DNA from: Macrostomum lignano
Taxonomy: Eukaryota
Assembly: GCA_002269645.1 (NCBI GenBank)
Contig: NIVC01003277.1
Span: 1-64,000, forward strand
Direction: 5' to 3'
DNA: 64,000 bases
A program made the translations under genes and the position numbers. The notes beneath the pieces are model-generated. The model saw only the letters and a list, made by a program, of their open reading frames with translations, was not told the DNA's origin and searched no databases. This document shows positions 10,561 through 29,109 of the stretch, in pieces (position 1 is the first letter of the stretch; each line of letters begins with the position of its first letter).

Positions 10561-13184
10561 ACATAGGGAGAGTCAAGGGAGAGACCAGAGTTTAGCAATA
10601 TATGTTTTAGAGTCAGACAGACATTGCCTGACATTCTGCGCAGTACCCCAGCCAATAATGTCTCAAACCCTAATTTTACACGAATGTGCTCCATTTTATG
10701 TCTACCTCTATCCTACTAACTATTAACAAGTTTTTGTTTGTGTATGGCCTTAGATTTCAGAATACATGCAAAAGTTGTATTCCAGTATAGTTCCGGGGAT
10801 TGGAATTCCCCGGGTTCAAAATCCGCGGGTTTCAAGAGCTTGTACTATATGATTCAGAGTGTAGATCCAACAAGCATATTGATCAAATGAATGAATTAAT
10901 ATGCAATATATATCTATTTTAATATCAAATTATCAACTATTAGGCCTATGTATTGTCATTAATAAACAATTTTGCTGTGTGGTTTGATTTTGATTTGATA
11001 CTTTTGGTATACTATAAGCTATATAGGACTAGAATAGGTAACAGGCTCCTAGACCTAGGTAGGCCCTAGCCTAGGAATAGGATTAGGACTTGTAGGAGTA
11101 TAGGATTCAAAGAACTGACTCTGAGCTTACATTATATTATAGTAGTAAAAGTAAAAGTAGCTAGCTATAACAGTTGTTGTTATGGCAACAAAAAAGCAAA
11201 ATGCTTAATATTTCATATATAGTATAAGTATAAAAATAATTGGTTTGAATTGGAAGTTGAAACTAGAAGTTAGAAAATAGAAATTTAACTATATCAATAT
11301 CACTTTATCTAGACTATATCAATATTAGTAATTCAGTAAATATTGTGTATATAGTGTAATACCTGTATGTTGTCACTTGTTATTTTTATGTTGGCTATAT
11401 AGTATAGGCCTATATGCAATTAGCTACTCTGATCCTAATGGACTGTGAAGTGAAGTGAACCTATGAGTATGAGCTGTTGTAACTTCTTAAGTTCTATACT
11501 ATATAGCCATTAATTATTCTATAGTTATTATTCTATAGCCATATTTAACACACTAATATTAATAAAAATCCAAGGTCTATTACATGACAAAGATGGACAT
11601 CTAGATCTAGTCATAGGACAGATACTCAACTGTATACAGTAGGCTATATAGACAGGCTACAATTTTGTATTTAAATTGACCCTTGCGTGTGAAGTGTAAA
11701 TCTTAAAGACTAATGCCTAATGGCTAGTGCAGTGCCTAGTGGCACCTAGTTAGCCCTAGGCCTAGCCCCGTCTAGGCAAGGCCACATCGGAGGAGCAGGG
11801 AAGGGCGCCTACGCGAAAGATTTTCCTAGAACATATCGGCGATGACGTTTTTTGTAACGTGCTGGACATCACGTCGTAAACATTGATTTAAACAACCTGA
11901 TATTTTTATGGGTGTAAGATAAATATTTTGTTAATAACTTCGAAGTATTTTGTGAACATCGCGAGTTTACTTTCTTTGTGTTTGGAGACGGCCCAGTAGC
12001 TATTCCAAAGCGCATATCCGACATATCGGGCCTTTTCATATTGCTTGCTCTGGTTCCAGAACCAGAATCAATTTGTGAAGTATAACTTTTTGTCTCCATA
12101 ACTAAAGGGAGATACGTGCTATAAAGTTTTTTATTATTGAATGACAATCCCCAAGAAGAAAGTGAAAAATTGTGCTAAGTTAGGTTGTTAAGGCAGTCAA
12201 ATATTAACATAGTTTAATAGTTATACTGCTGTTTTCTAGGAATTCCGAACCGATTCTGGTTCTGGAATTGGTAATATGAAAAGGCCCATCGTATCGCGGG
12301 CTACAACATTTATGAAACTTTCACGAAGATTTACTCCAGATTCAGAACCAGGAGATTGGGAAAATTCTGATTCCAGAATCGAAATCGATGTGAATGTAGA
12401 AAGAATTAATCGAACAATCTAATAAGATAAATCTGCTAATACTTTTTAAAAAATCGTAAAAAAAACTTTTTAACAGCATTGGTCATTCAAATCAAAGTCA
12501 CGTATCAAATATAAAGTATATAAAGTATCGAGTATCATCAAATACAAATAATTATATTTCAGCTTCTTTCTAGTAACACTAAGTTCGATCAGCTTGAGAA
12601 ATTTTCTTAAACCAAATTCCAGAACCAAAAGCACAAGTGCTCATGGCCGGTCGAAATGGGGCAAGCGAAATCTCGTTATATATTTGTGGTGTCGTGTATA
12701 TGTGGCAAAAATATTGTTGGATCTATTTCATCTTGCAAACAGCCTATTTAATTAATGATGACATGATAGTGGGGGCTGACAGAACTACGAAATACATGTA
12801 GGGCCACGTGATGACAAATGTACGTACATGTACATGAAAGCCTAGGGTAATACGACCAGCAGGGCGAAGATCGAGATAATTTTTTATTATGCTTTAAAAA
12901 AATGAAAAAACCGATTGAATTTACTGGCTTTTTAAAAGCATAACCCAATTTCTGCATAAAATTGGGTTCAATATTATAGTTGAATAAACTAAACAGCTTG
13001 TCGAATAATATATGTATGTAGCTCGTATGCATAAAAGTAATGTGTAGTAATAATATAAATATACAGCAACATGAGTTCAAGCTTAACTATAGGAATGTCC
13101 GGCCGTGCTTAAAAAAATTTGAGAGCTTCAGAAATACGAGTATGTTAAGAGCATGATGAAAAATCACGCTCAGGTGTCCTTACT

Positions 13185-13900
13185 CCCCTGGTGCCACCTG
13201 TTGAAGGTGCCGACGGCGTCGGGGTGATGGCTGAATGCTTGACTGACTAGCTGAGGATGTCCAGCAGTTGAGGTTTGCCCATTATTGAAGCTTGATTAGA
13301 AAAACCTGACATATTTGCAACAGGATGTCCATAGTCACCTGGTGTAATCTGTTGAAGGAGCCGACGGCGTCCGGGTGATGCTGAATGCTTGACTGACTAG
13401 CTGAGGATGTCCAGCAGTTTATTTTTGCCCACTTTCGAGGCTTGATCGGCGAAACTAGAGAAATTCTTATCAGGCTGTCCATAGTCACCTGGTGTAATCT
13501 GTTGAAGGAGCCGACGGCGTCGGGATGATGACGGAATGCTTGAGAGACTAGCTGAGAATGTCTGGCGGTTGATTCTTGCCCACTGTCGAGGCTTGATCGG
13601 CGAAACTAGAGAAATTCTTATCAGGCTGTCCATAGTCACCTGGTGTAATCTGTTGAAGGAGCCGACGGCATCGGGAGGATGACGGAATGCTTGAGAGACT
13701 AGCTGAGAATGTCTGGCGGTTGATTCTTGCCCACTGTCGAGGCTTGATCGGCGAAACTAGAGAAATTCTTATCAGGCTGTCCATAGTCACCTGGTGTAAT
13801 CTGTTGAAGGAGCCGACGGCATCGGGAGGATGACGGAATGCTTGAGAGACTAGCTGAGAATGTCTGGCGGTTGATTCTTGCCCACTGTCGAGGCTTGATC
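13185..13900. repeat. Tandem satellite, 150/151-bp unit, about 5 copies
   Basis: ATAGTCACCTGGTGTAATCT at 13331, 13481, 13632 and 13783. The leftmost copy is the most diverged. Confidence 0.9.
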
Positions 13901-14301
13901 TCGACTTCACAGCAACCCACATGCCCTTGAAAACAAGATATTTTGGGAGGGCTATTTGGGAGGGAAGACCTTCAGTCAACCGCTGCCCACCGCTGCAGGA
14001 CTGCAAAAAAACTATAAAGTACTCACGTTTGTAATAATTGGGGCTATGAGTTGTTTACTCAAAATATTGGAGTTTCTGTCTTCTTAAAATTACTCAAAAG
14101 GTAAGCAGTACCTTTCTTACAAGCTTTTCAGGATGATGTGGAGTTACTCTAGTCCTTAGTTCGCGGATATGTTTAAACTTCAGTTAATTCTTGTGAAATT
14201 TAATTTAAACTACACGATTTACATGCATGTAGCAAACTTACATGCAATGGCTAGATTAGGACCGCGTGGCTTGATCGTTCTTCGCACCCTCAGGTAGACC
14301 A

Positions 14302-15016
14302 ATGGAGACACTCTTGTCGCATCTGAGCTCCCCGACTGCAAAGTGGCTACTCACCGTGGGTGCGGCAACTGTTGGAATAATGGCCATTAAGAAAATCTTC
14401 TTTAATCTTGATCCCAGCATTAGCCCACGAATAGCCAACTTGGAAAAGGACATGGTATACTTTGTTCACGTTTCCGAGTACCCGCACAGCAGTCACGATC
14501 TCTCCTTTCGCCTTGAAGCTGGAGACCTGGCTCCGCATGAAGCAGATTCGGTACAACTGCCGTGCGTAAAGCACACGTCTGGAGTAGCAAGGGCCAAATT
14601 CCGTTCGTGGAGCTCAACGGAGAAGAGTTCAATGATCGTCCAATATGATCATTGCCAGCCTCTCCGACTACTTCAAGACAAACGATTCGCTGACTGACGA
14701 GCAGTTGGGATTTGCCAGAGGCCTGGAGATGATGCTGGAGAACCAGACCTTCTACTCGTACATGTACTATCGATTTGTTGAGCAGGCTCGGAAGTTTCTC
14801 ATACTGACGTTCCCAAGATACTGGAGGAAGCGGTGCGCGTACCACGGCATCGGTCGGAACACCGTGTCGGAGATCTACGCCATGGGCTGCGACGATATTC
14901 TGGCGCTGTCGACCAGAGCTCTGGGCAGCAAGAAGTTCATCATGGGCGACCGAATGACTACCGTGGATTGCTACGCCTTCGGCCATCTTGCTCAGCTGAT
15001 GTACGTAGTCGAATGA
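14302..15016 (+). CDS. fax: Failed axon connections (FAX)/metaxin-like GST-fold protein, intronless, with three 1-bp frameshifts (sequencing errors or retro-pseudogene)
   Basis: Stitching frames gives DMVYLFTFPSTRTAVTISPFALKLETWLRMKQIRYN, SSKGQIPFVELNGEEF, MLENQTFYSYMYYRF and GIGRNTVSEIY..LGSKKFIMGDRMTTVDCYAFGHLAQ, which match FAX-family motifs. N-terminal hydrophobic anchor present. Confidence 0.75.
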
Positions 15017-15681
15017 AGCTGCCGAAGCTGCCGAAGCTGCCGAAGCTGCCGAATGAAGTGACCCATAAAACGGTAGTTGCTAGGCCTCATCGTTCATTGG
15101 CATCCATGTAAATTTCATAAAAACTATTAAACTACTGAAGCTAAAATTTTTGACACTATCAATGCCAACACTGCCATACCGAGCTTTGACTCTTTGGTTT
15201 TCTATTTGATATTTACTTGCATGGCATATGCTCTCATTTTTTACTCGATTCTTTCCTCATTCTGTTTGATATTCTTTCGTTCTCAAAAGTGCAAGCAAAA
15301 TTGCGCGTCCCCATTTCGTGTTTTTTATTATTTTAAAACCAAAAAGCCTTAAGTAGTATCCGCTTGCATTTGCTGACATAGTGTTGCCTATTGCCTGAAA
15401 AACAATAAAAATCATTCACTACAACTCCACTTATGTGTGTGATTGATTAGAGAAAAAACGGCTCAATCGATTTTCATGAGACTTGCACTGTTCGATCAGA
15501 AATTCTCTGGTGACGGTGCATGTGTCGTAGCTAAGAAATTTCTGAATGATAAAGGGATTAAATATTCGAAAAACATCCTTTTTTGCAAAGGTCAAGAAGA
15601 CTGTAGCAGTGGAAGTGTAGCTCGTCTAACAAATAGTAGGAAAATAAACGTCAACAAAAACATAAAATAATTTTTTTTCTT

Positions 15682-15783
15682 TTTAGCCAACGCGTTTCGT
15701 CAAACACAAGACGTCGTCATATTGGTGCTGAAAATTAAGGTTAGTTGAATTTGCCCTGACGACGTCTAGGGATAGATGAAAAC
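15682..15783. ncRNA. Two partly decayed hammerhead-ribozyme-like motifs in inverted orientation (Penelope-like element signature)
   Basis: Minus strand 15720-15682: TGACGAC-GTC-loop-GAC-GAAACGCGTTGGCTAAA. Plus strand 15750-15783: TTTGCC-CTGACGAC-GTCT-loop-AGAT-GAAA. Confidence 0.45.
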
Positions 15784-16229
15784 CGATACATTGAAAACCT
15801 CACCTACAGTATTTGAATCCGTCGGGCTACCAAGCTTCTTGTATCAACTACGAGCGCAACTGTAAACCCCTAGATTTGTACATAGTCTACTTCAAGTAGC
15901 CACCGAAGGATTTGACCGTATTAAGAGAGCAAACCAACACAGAAACGCGCACACAATCAATTTTTTTCTAGACCAGTATATTTTAGTTATACGGATTCTG
16001 CGGCCCCAAAGACTCATTTGAACTGTTTTCGATTCTTCAGAAAACAAGTGCGACAAAATGGTGTAAAAACTGGTTCAGTGAAGTTATTAACTATAATACG
16101 GTGTCATTTTTCTTTGGCCTCCGCTTGGTTGCTGAGCTCTGAACCAGGTGTTGAGTTCTGCATTCGAGGTGGCTGGAATCTCTGGGCGCAATGCAACTGG
16201 ATGGATTCCAAGAGCTTTTCCTATACATC

Positions 16230-17865
16230 TCATCGTTCAAACATCACCCAGCCGGTACTGTTGAACTCCGCTTCAACTGAGGCCAGAGCAAAGTTGATGA
16301 AGTGGCATCTGGCCTGAGCGGCGTTGAAGAGAAATGCCCTGCAGTGAAGGCTGTATCTACACAGCAGAGCGCAGTGGCCTTGAGACCTGACCTGGGTGTT
16401 GGACTCCCGCGAGCAGTACTCATTGGCCGAGTCGATTGGAACATTGGTCAGATGGCGGAACATCGAGGCCTGAGCAAAGCTGTGCCGGCCCTGCTCGCAC
16501 ACGTAGTAATAGTTGTTGGAGCAGTGGCTGTTCGACAGGCGGAACGGGCCGGCGCTGGTCTCCGCGTTGAGGGCCAGGCAGTCGTCGCGTCCGCTGGTCC
16601 AGTAGGGCCGATTCGGAGTCCACTGAGTCTCTGCTGGCATCTCATGGCCTTCGGTGCTCATCCAGCCCAGCTTGCTGGTGCGGACCTTTGCCAATGAGGA
16701 ATTCGGGAAGTTGCCTAATAGCATGGGATCCATCCTAGAGTATGGAATCTGGCAGTGTGGTGTATGGGATCTATAGCAGTGTGCTGTATGGGATCTAGCA
16801 GTGTGGTACAGGAGATCTAGCAGTGTGGGGTGTGGGATCTAGCAGTGTGATGTATGGGATCTAGCACTGTGGTGTATGGGATCTAGTAGTGTGGTGTATG
16901 AAATCTAGCAGTGTGGTGTATGAGATCTAGCAGTGTGCTGTATGAGATCTAGGAGTGTGGTGTATGGAATCTAGCAGTGTGGTGTATGGGATCTAGCGGC
17001 GTGGTGTCTGGGATCTAGCAGTGTGGTGTATGAGATCTAGTAGTGTGGTGTATGAGATCTAGCGGTGTGGGGTGTGGGATCTAGCAGTGTGGTGGTGTAT
17101 GGGATCTATAGCAGTGTGCTGTATGGGATCCATCCGTGTGGTGTATGGGATCTAGCAGTGTGGTGTATGAGATCTAGCGGTGTGGTGTATGAGATCTAGC
17201 GGTGTGGGGTGTGGGATCTAGCAGTGTGGTGTATGGGATCTAGCAGTGTGGTGTATGGGATCTAGCAGTGTGGTGTATGGGATCTAGCAGTGTGGTTTAT
17301 GGGATCTATAGCAGTGTGGTGTATGGGATCTAGCAGTGTGGTGTATGGGATCTAGCAGTGTGGTGTATGGGATCTAGCAGTGTGGTGTATGGGATCTAGC
17401 AGTGTGGTGTATGGGATCTAGCAGTATGGTGTATGAGATCTAGCGGCGTTGTGTATGGGATCTAGCGGTGTGGTGTATGGAATTTATCGCTTGAGAGTAT
17501 GAGATTTTTTAGCTCAGAAAAAAAGGCAGTCCAGGCCAGGAAATTCTGAATCACCTCAGTCAGCAGGTGTAGCCAATACACTCAGTGTACACTCAGTCGG
17601 TGTAGCCAATCCAGTACCGAGTTCGCTGGTTCAGATCCGACATCAGTCGTTGGATCACATGCGGTGACGTCACAAGCCGGCCGCCGATGCCGCTGCAGGC
17701 AGCCTGGGCGCCGCACCAGGTGTCTGGCTGGACTGTTTCTGTGCGCACGCAGGTGAAATTGTCGCCCAGCAGCCTGGGAAAATCTGGGCCGCAACTACCG
17801 GTAGCTGCCGCTGAGCTGAAAACTGCTGCCAAGGTGCTGAGCAAAGTCCAGAATCTACTCTTCAT
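16230..17865 (-). CDS. Secreted C-type lectin domain + PAN/apple domain protein, 2 exons (about 17865-17555 and 16685-16230); end of exon 1 disrupted by a small rearrangement
   Basis: Signal peptide MKSRFWTLLSTLAAVFSSAAA. CTLD motifs W..AQAAC...GGRL, YWIGYTD, W...RP....RDDC and C...YYYVCE. PAN-like CALLC....HCRAFLFN....CHF. The exon 2 acceptor position is uncertain. Confidence 0.75.
16735..17485. repeat. Intronic minisatellite, 22-bp unit (AGCAGTGTGGTGTATGGGATCT), about 34 copies
   Basis: Direct inspection. Fills the lectin intron. Confidence 0.95.
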
Positions 17866-18522
17866 CTCTGGATGCTTGAGTTCAACTGCTTCCCCAACTC
17901 CGCAAAAGAAATCGACACTTTTTTATAGCTGTCTTCAACTTAGCCTTGGGACAATTCGTTGCCACGTGCCTCGAGCTGCTTTGAAAGAATATTCCTGTTT
18001 GAATATCGTCATCATGCAGCTGGCTTTGTTTGTTTTACTGAACGTGTTGCCGTGACAACGGCTCAACTGTGGGAACACCTCTGCACTCGTATGTTTCTGA
18101 ATTGACAAGGGAAACTCGCGGACAAAGAAGGGAGGTTGGAAGATGGAGCTATTTTCCAGAGCTACCCATACAAGGAATTTTTTAGTTTGTTAGGAGTGAA
18201 TTCTGCCACTTCTTAATCCTTGCCTGTCTTTCCGCTATTCCCCGTGGCGCTGTCCCATTCCCCCCTGTCTTTCCTCCATACTATGTGAGTCTACTGCTCT
18301 GACTGCTCGTAAGTTGTTATCCTTAATATATTGGCGTTATTCTCCCTACTTCTAATGTAACCCCCTTAGCCCATACTTATTTTCACTGCTTTCTACTCAT
18401 ATCCGTAGAGCGCGAACACGATGTTCCCTATTCTGTCTTAAATATTTCCCCCTTTTCATGTGTCTGCAATAAAACCCTTTCCATCATGTCTCCCCAACTT
18501 GCTCTCTCCTATTTATCCTTAG

Positions 18523-18802
18523 CTACCAGACCCCCTATCTACCAGACCCCCTATCTACCAGACCCCCTATCTACCAGACCCCCTATCTACCGGACCCCCT
18601 ATCTACCAGACCCCCTATCTACCAGACACCCTATCTACCAGACCTCCTATCTACCGGACCCCCTATCTACCAGACCCCCTATCTACCAGACCCCCTATCT
18701 ACCAGACCCCCTATCTACCAGACCCCCTATCTACCAGACCTCCTATCTACCGGACCCCCTATCTACCAGACCTCCTATCTACCGGACCCCCTATCTACCA
18801 GA
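18523..18802. repeat. Minisatellite, 16-bp unit CTACCAGACCCCCTAT
   Basis: Direct inspection. The ORF track shows a 16-aa period (3x16 bp). Confidence 0.95.
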
Positions 18803-19040
18803 AACAAAAGTTGCGTCGTTACCTACCTGAATGCGCCAAAACACATCCAAAAAAATCGCGGCTTTCCTCATCGTTTCCTCGTGACCCGCATGATAATTCT
18901 ATTTTTAGAACGAGGTGAATGACGTCAGAAGAATGGAAGCCAATCAGAGAGAGACTGTCCTGGCAACGATCTTGGAAAGCATCACGTGACCGACCTTGGG
19001 GACTATCTGCGCTGAGGATTTTAGACCGACGTGTGGTTTT

Positions 19041-19182
<142 letters not shown>

Positions 19183-19261
19183 AGAGACCTGTTAGCACTG
19201 GAATGCCGGAAGCACCCAGAACCCTGGACACAGGACTCTTCTTCTCTCAACCCTTCTGCAA

Positions 19262-19565
19262 CTCGGGCGGGTGACCCTGTGACCCAACTCGAGCGGGTGA
19301 GCCTGTGACCCAACTCGAGCGGGTGACCCTGTGACCCAACTCGAGCGGGTGAGCCTGTGACCCAACTCGAGCGGGTGACCCTGTGACCCAACTTGGACGG
19401 TTGACCCTGTGACCCAACTCGGACGGGTGACCCTGTGACCCAACTCGGACAGGTGACCTATGACCCGACTCGGGCAGGTGACTGTGACCCCAACTCGAGC
19501 GGGTGATCTGTGACCCAATTCGAGCGGGCGAGCCGGTGACCCAATTCGAACGGGTGACCTGTGAC
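19262..19565. repeat. Minisatellite, 26-bp unit GGGTGACCCTGTGACCCAACTCGAGC
   Basis: Direct inspection. Period 26 (19269 to 19295). Confidence 0.95.
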
Positions 19566-20220
19566 CAGCGGTCTGCGGCAGGCCAGCTTATGTCTGCCAT
19601 TTCCCATTCCACGAGTCCCAGAGTCCGACACTCCATCCTTCGGGAACTTCGAATTAAACAGTAAATAAACAATAAAAAGTTGCACAATTGAAGATTTTAG
19701 GAATATAATATAATTGGCACTAAATGTTTGTGCTTAACATTTGGCATTGGAATCATTTAAACTCGTGGTTAATTTTTTTTACTTAATTTTCATAAAATGG
19801 AGAAATTGAAATATGCTTCTAGAGTTTTAGGCTACTGTAGGGCGCATATATTGGCCTAAATGAATTTGCGATGAGCGGAATTCGATTCTATATATACAGA
19901 AAAAAATTTGTTAACAAAAAGATGCACAAAAACTTCTCAGCTGCTCTGCGTGAAGTCTAATATCGGTTACGGTTAATATTGAATTCTAATTTGAGATATT
20001 GAAGACTGATTATAAATATGATTATTAGTTCCTATGCAGTACAACTTTCGATATTTTCCCTTGAAGATTTATCTATCAATATAAGTCATAATTGTTCATT
20101 AAAAAACCTCAATTGTGACATGCTAGGAGTTCAATAATCAATATTAATGAATTTATAAAATTACAAAGATAAGTGCAAACTTTAACTTTCTATGAAAATG
20201 GCTACATAGACAAGAAGCAG

Positions 20221-20587
20221 CGGGTCTCCCTAAAACACGTACCGCACCGCCCAGCAGCGCTACAAATTAAAACAAATTGCGCTTTAAATTAAGACACAGT
20301 GTTAAGCTTTAAGTGTTTAATAAATTTATGTTTTTTTATTACTTTAAAATCTAAAATTCAATGAATAATACTGATATTATTAATAATAATAAAATAATAA
20401 CTATGTAATTTAATAATGAGAATGAAAATAAGAAGAATAACAATAATGTTTAATATAATAACTAAAGGTATTTATTTCGTTACTCTTACAACAAATAGTT
20501 TTCTCTGCAATCAAATACTGCATGGACAAAAAATGTTATAATGTGTAGCACTGCGGGGCGGTGCGGTACGTGTTTTAGGGAGACCCG
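20221..20587. mobile_element. MITE, 367 bp, TIRs of about 45 bp (first 32 bp perfect), 7-bp TSD
   Basis: CGGGTCTCCCTAAAACACGTACCGCACCGCCC at 20221, with its reverse complement ending at 20587. Flanked by GAAGCAG (20214-20220 and 20588-20594). AT-rich non-coding interior. Confidence 0.85.
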
Positions 20588-20833
20588 GAAGCAGCTACCC
20601 AAGAAAGAAATGAGCTAATAAAACAAAAACAAAAAATTCGTCAAAATCCAGGAAGTAGCGTAGCGTACGGTAAAAGACTCCGTCTTTAAATTGCTTGCCC
20701 ATTTAGTTTCGACTGAATAAATTGACCTGCAAAAACATTCTCTGAAGTCCCGGAAGACTTAACGCTCGTACAAACAAGAGTCGTTCAAAGTTCAAAGCTC
20801 AAAGGACGCCGCGAACTTTTCTCGTCGGGAGCT

Positions 20834-27273
<6,440 letters not shown>

Positions 27274-27879
27274 TCTTATAATTGAGTCTGTCAAGCACTG
27301 GCTTTGCCAGAGAAAGCAGCGGTCTGATGGAGTTTCTGCAGCAGCTCGCGCTCTCCCCCGTCTCAGTCTCTGCTTTTCTTGCCAATCAGGCCGCCAGGTC
27401 CGAAATAGCCAAGCCTTGGCAAGCCGTGCGAAAGGTCGTGGAGTGCCTGCTTATGGGGCTCGCGAGTTTGGCCACCCACCAGCGCAAAGCGGCTCTGCTC
27501 CAGTGAGTAATGCGTCGCTGAGACCAATGGCTTTGGAACCCTCCAACTCGTCCACTCATTCTCTCTCTTCTCCACCCACCCCAACCGCCGACAAACGAAT
27601 GGCATCGTGCGAGCTGAGCTCGGACAACCCCCTCCAGCCACCCCGAGAGTAGAGTTTGTTTCAGTTAAGAACAGCAATGGTGTGCTGGGGTCCCTTGGCT
27701 CAATAAGCCAATAACAGCCCCACCCCCCGCAGTGCAAAAAAATGACGCAGAAGGTTATTCTATTATAGTGCACGTGACGAAGCTTGTTATGTTTGCTTGC
27801 TAAATTTTCTTGCAAGATTTTACTGCTTCTAAGTAGTGCCAGTAGCATTTGTTTTCTCAAGATTGAATAACATATCAGC

Positions 27880-28488
27880 CTGAAGGTTCAGGTGGGTAGC
27901 GGGTAGGCCCTGATGAATCAGGTGGGTAGCGGGTAGGCCCTGAAGAATCAGGTGGGCAGCGGGTAGGCCCTGAAGAATCAGGTGGGTAGCGGGTAGGCCC
28001 TGAAGAATCAGGTGGGTAGCGGGTAGGCCCTGAAGAATCAGGTGGGTAGCGGGTAGACCCTGAAGAATCAGGTGGGTAGCAGGTAGGCCCTGAAGAATCA
28101 GGTGGGTAGCGGGTAGGCCCTGAAGAATCAGGTGTGTAGCGGGTAGGCCCTGAAGAATCAGGTGTGTAGCGGGTAGACCCTGAAGAATCAGGTGGGTAGC
28201 GGGTAGGCCCTGAAGAATCAGGTGGGTAGCGGGTAGGCCCTGAAGAATCAGGTGTGTAGCGGGTAGACCCTGAAGAATCAGGTGGGTAGCGGGTAGGCCC
28301 TGAAGAATCAGGTGGGTAGCGGGTAGGCCCTGAAGAATCAGGTGGGCAGCGGGTAGACCCTGAAGAATCAGGTGGGTAGCAGGTAGACCCTGAAGAATCA
28401 GGTGGGTAGCGGGTAGACCCTGAAGAATCAGGTGGGTAGCGGGTAGGCCCTGAAGAATCAGGTGGGTAGCGGGTAGGCCCTGAAGAAT
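27880..28488. repeat. Minisatellite, 30-bp unit GGGTAGGCCCTGAAGAATCAGGTGGGTAGC, about 20 copies
   Basis: Direct inspection. Confidence 0.97.
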
Positions 28489-29109
28489 CCAGTTCTTTAG
28501 TTGAACAAGTAGTGTGAGCTATTTCAGTCAGTGCAGGATTCAGGTAGTAAAACGAGCCGTCTTGTCTCACTATCAAACAGCGATAAGCTCATGCACTGCA
28601 TTGCCGGCCTTATCAGTGAGCTGAGTTGGACACGCAGGGCTGTAAACTGCGGGTCCAATTCTTTGATAACCGCCGCATGTTCACCCCATGGCTGCGAACT
28701 GAATTAAAGTTAGTTAATTTCATTGGTTCCTCACCTGCATTCCCCCGATATCCCCATGTGTTTACTTTGGTTCCTCACCTGCGTCTGCATATCCCTTGTA
28801 TACTCTGCAAAAATAAGTCACTGTTGGGAGGCTCTCGATCGGGCTGAGCTCTCGGCAATCTGTCATCATACTCGCGTTTTTAAAAAGCTTCTTTCTCGGC
28901 TTTTTTCTGAATCATAAGATTCAGCAATTTCACTCCATATGCATTACTTTTAGTAGAGCCAATGTGTGGTTTTAGATGAAACTAGCAATCCTTGCCCCCC
29001 GATGGGGGACATCTGGATAGAATCCTTGTTCTTTACAAATAACAAATAGACAGCGAAATAAAGCCTTCATAAAAAACAACAGACATTCCCTCTTAAAAAG
29101 AAAACATCC

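Noticed and set aside
8758-10726. Long Leu/Ser-rich and Arg/Glu-rich ORFs (up to 484 aa)
   Set aside because: Translations of the GA/CT low-complexity tract; no domain or coding signal.
12028-12287. Imperfect inverted repeat (GGGCCTTTTCATATT..TTCCAGAACCAGAATC)
   Set aside because: Two short blocks with different spacing and no TSD. Probably an old MITE remnant, but not definable.
18920-18988. CRE (TGACGTCA), CCAAT and CACGTG cluster
   Set aside because: Only three common motifs, about 1 kb from the lectin start, with no TATA or other support.
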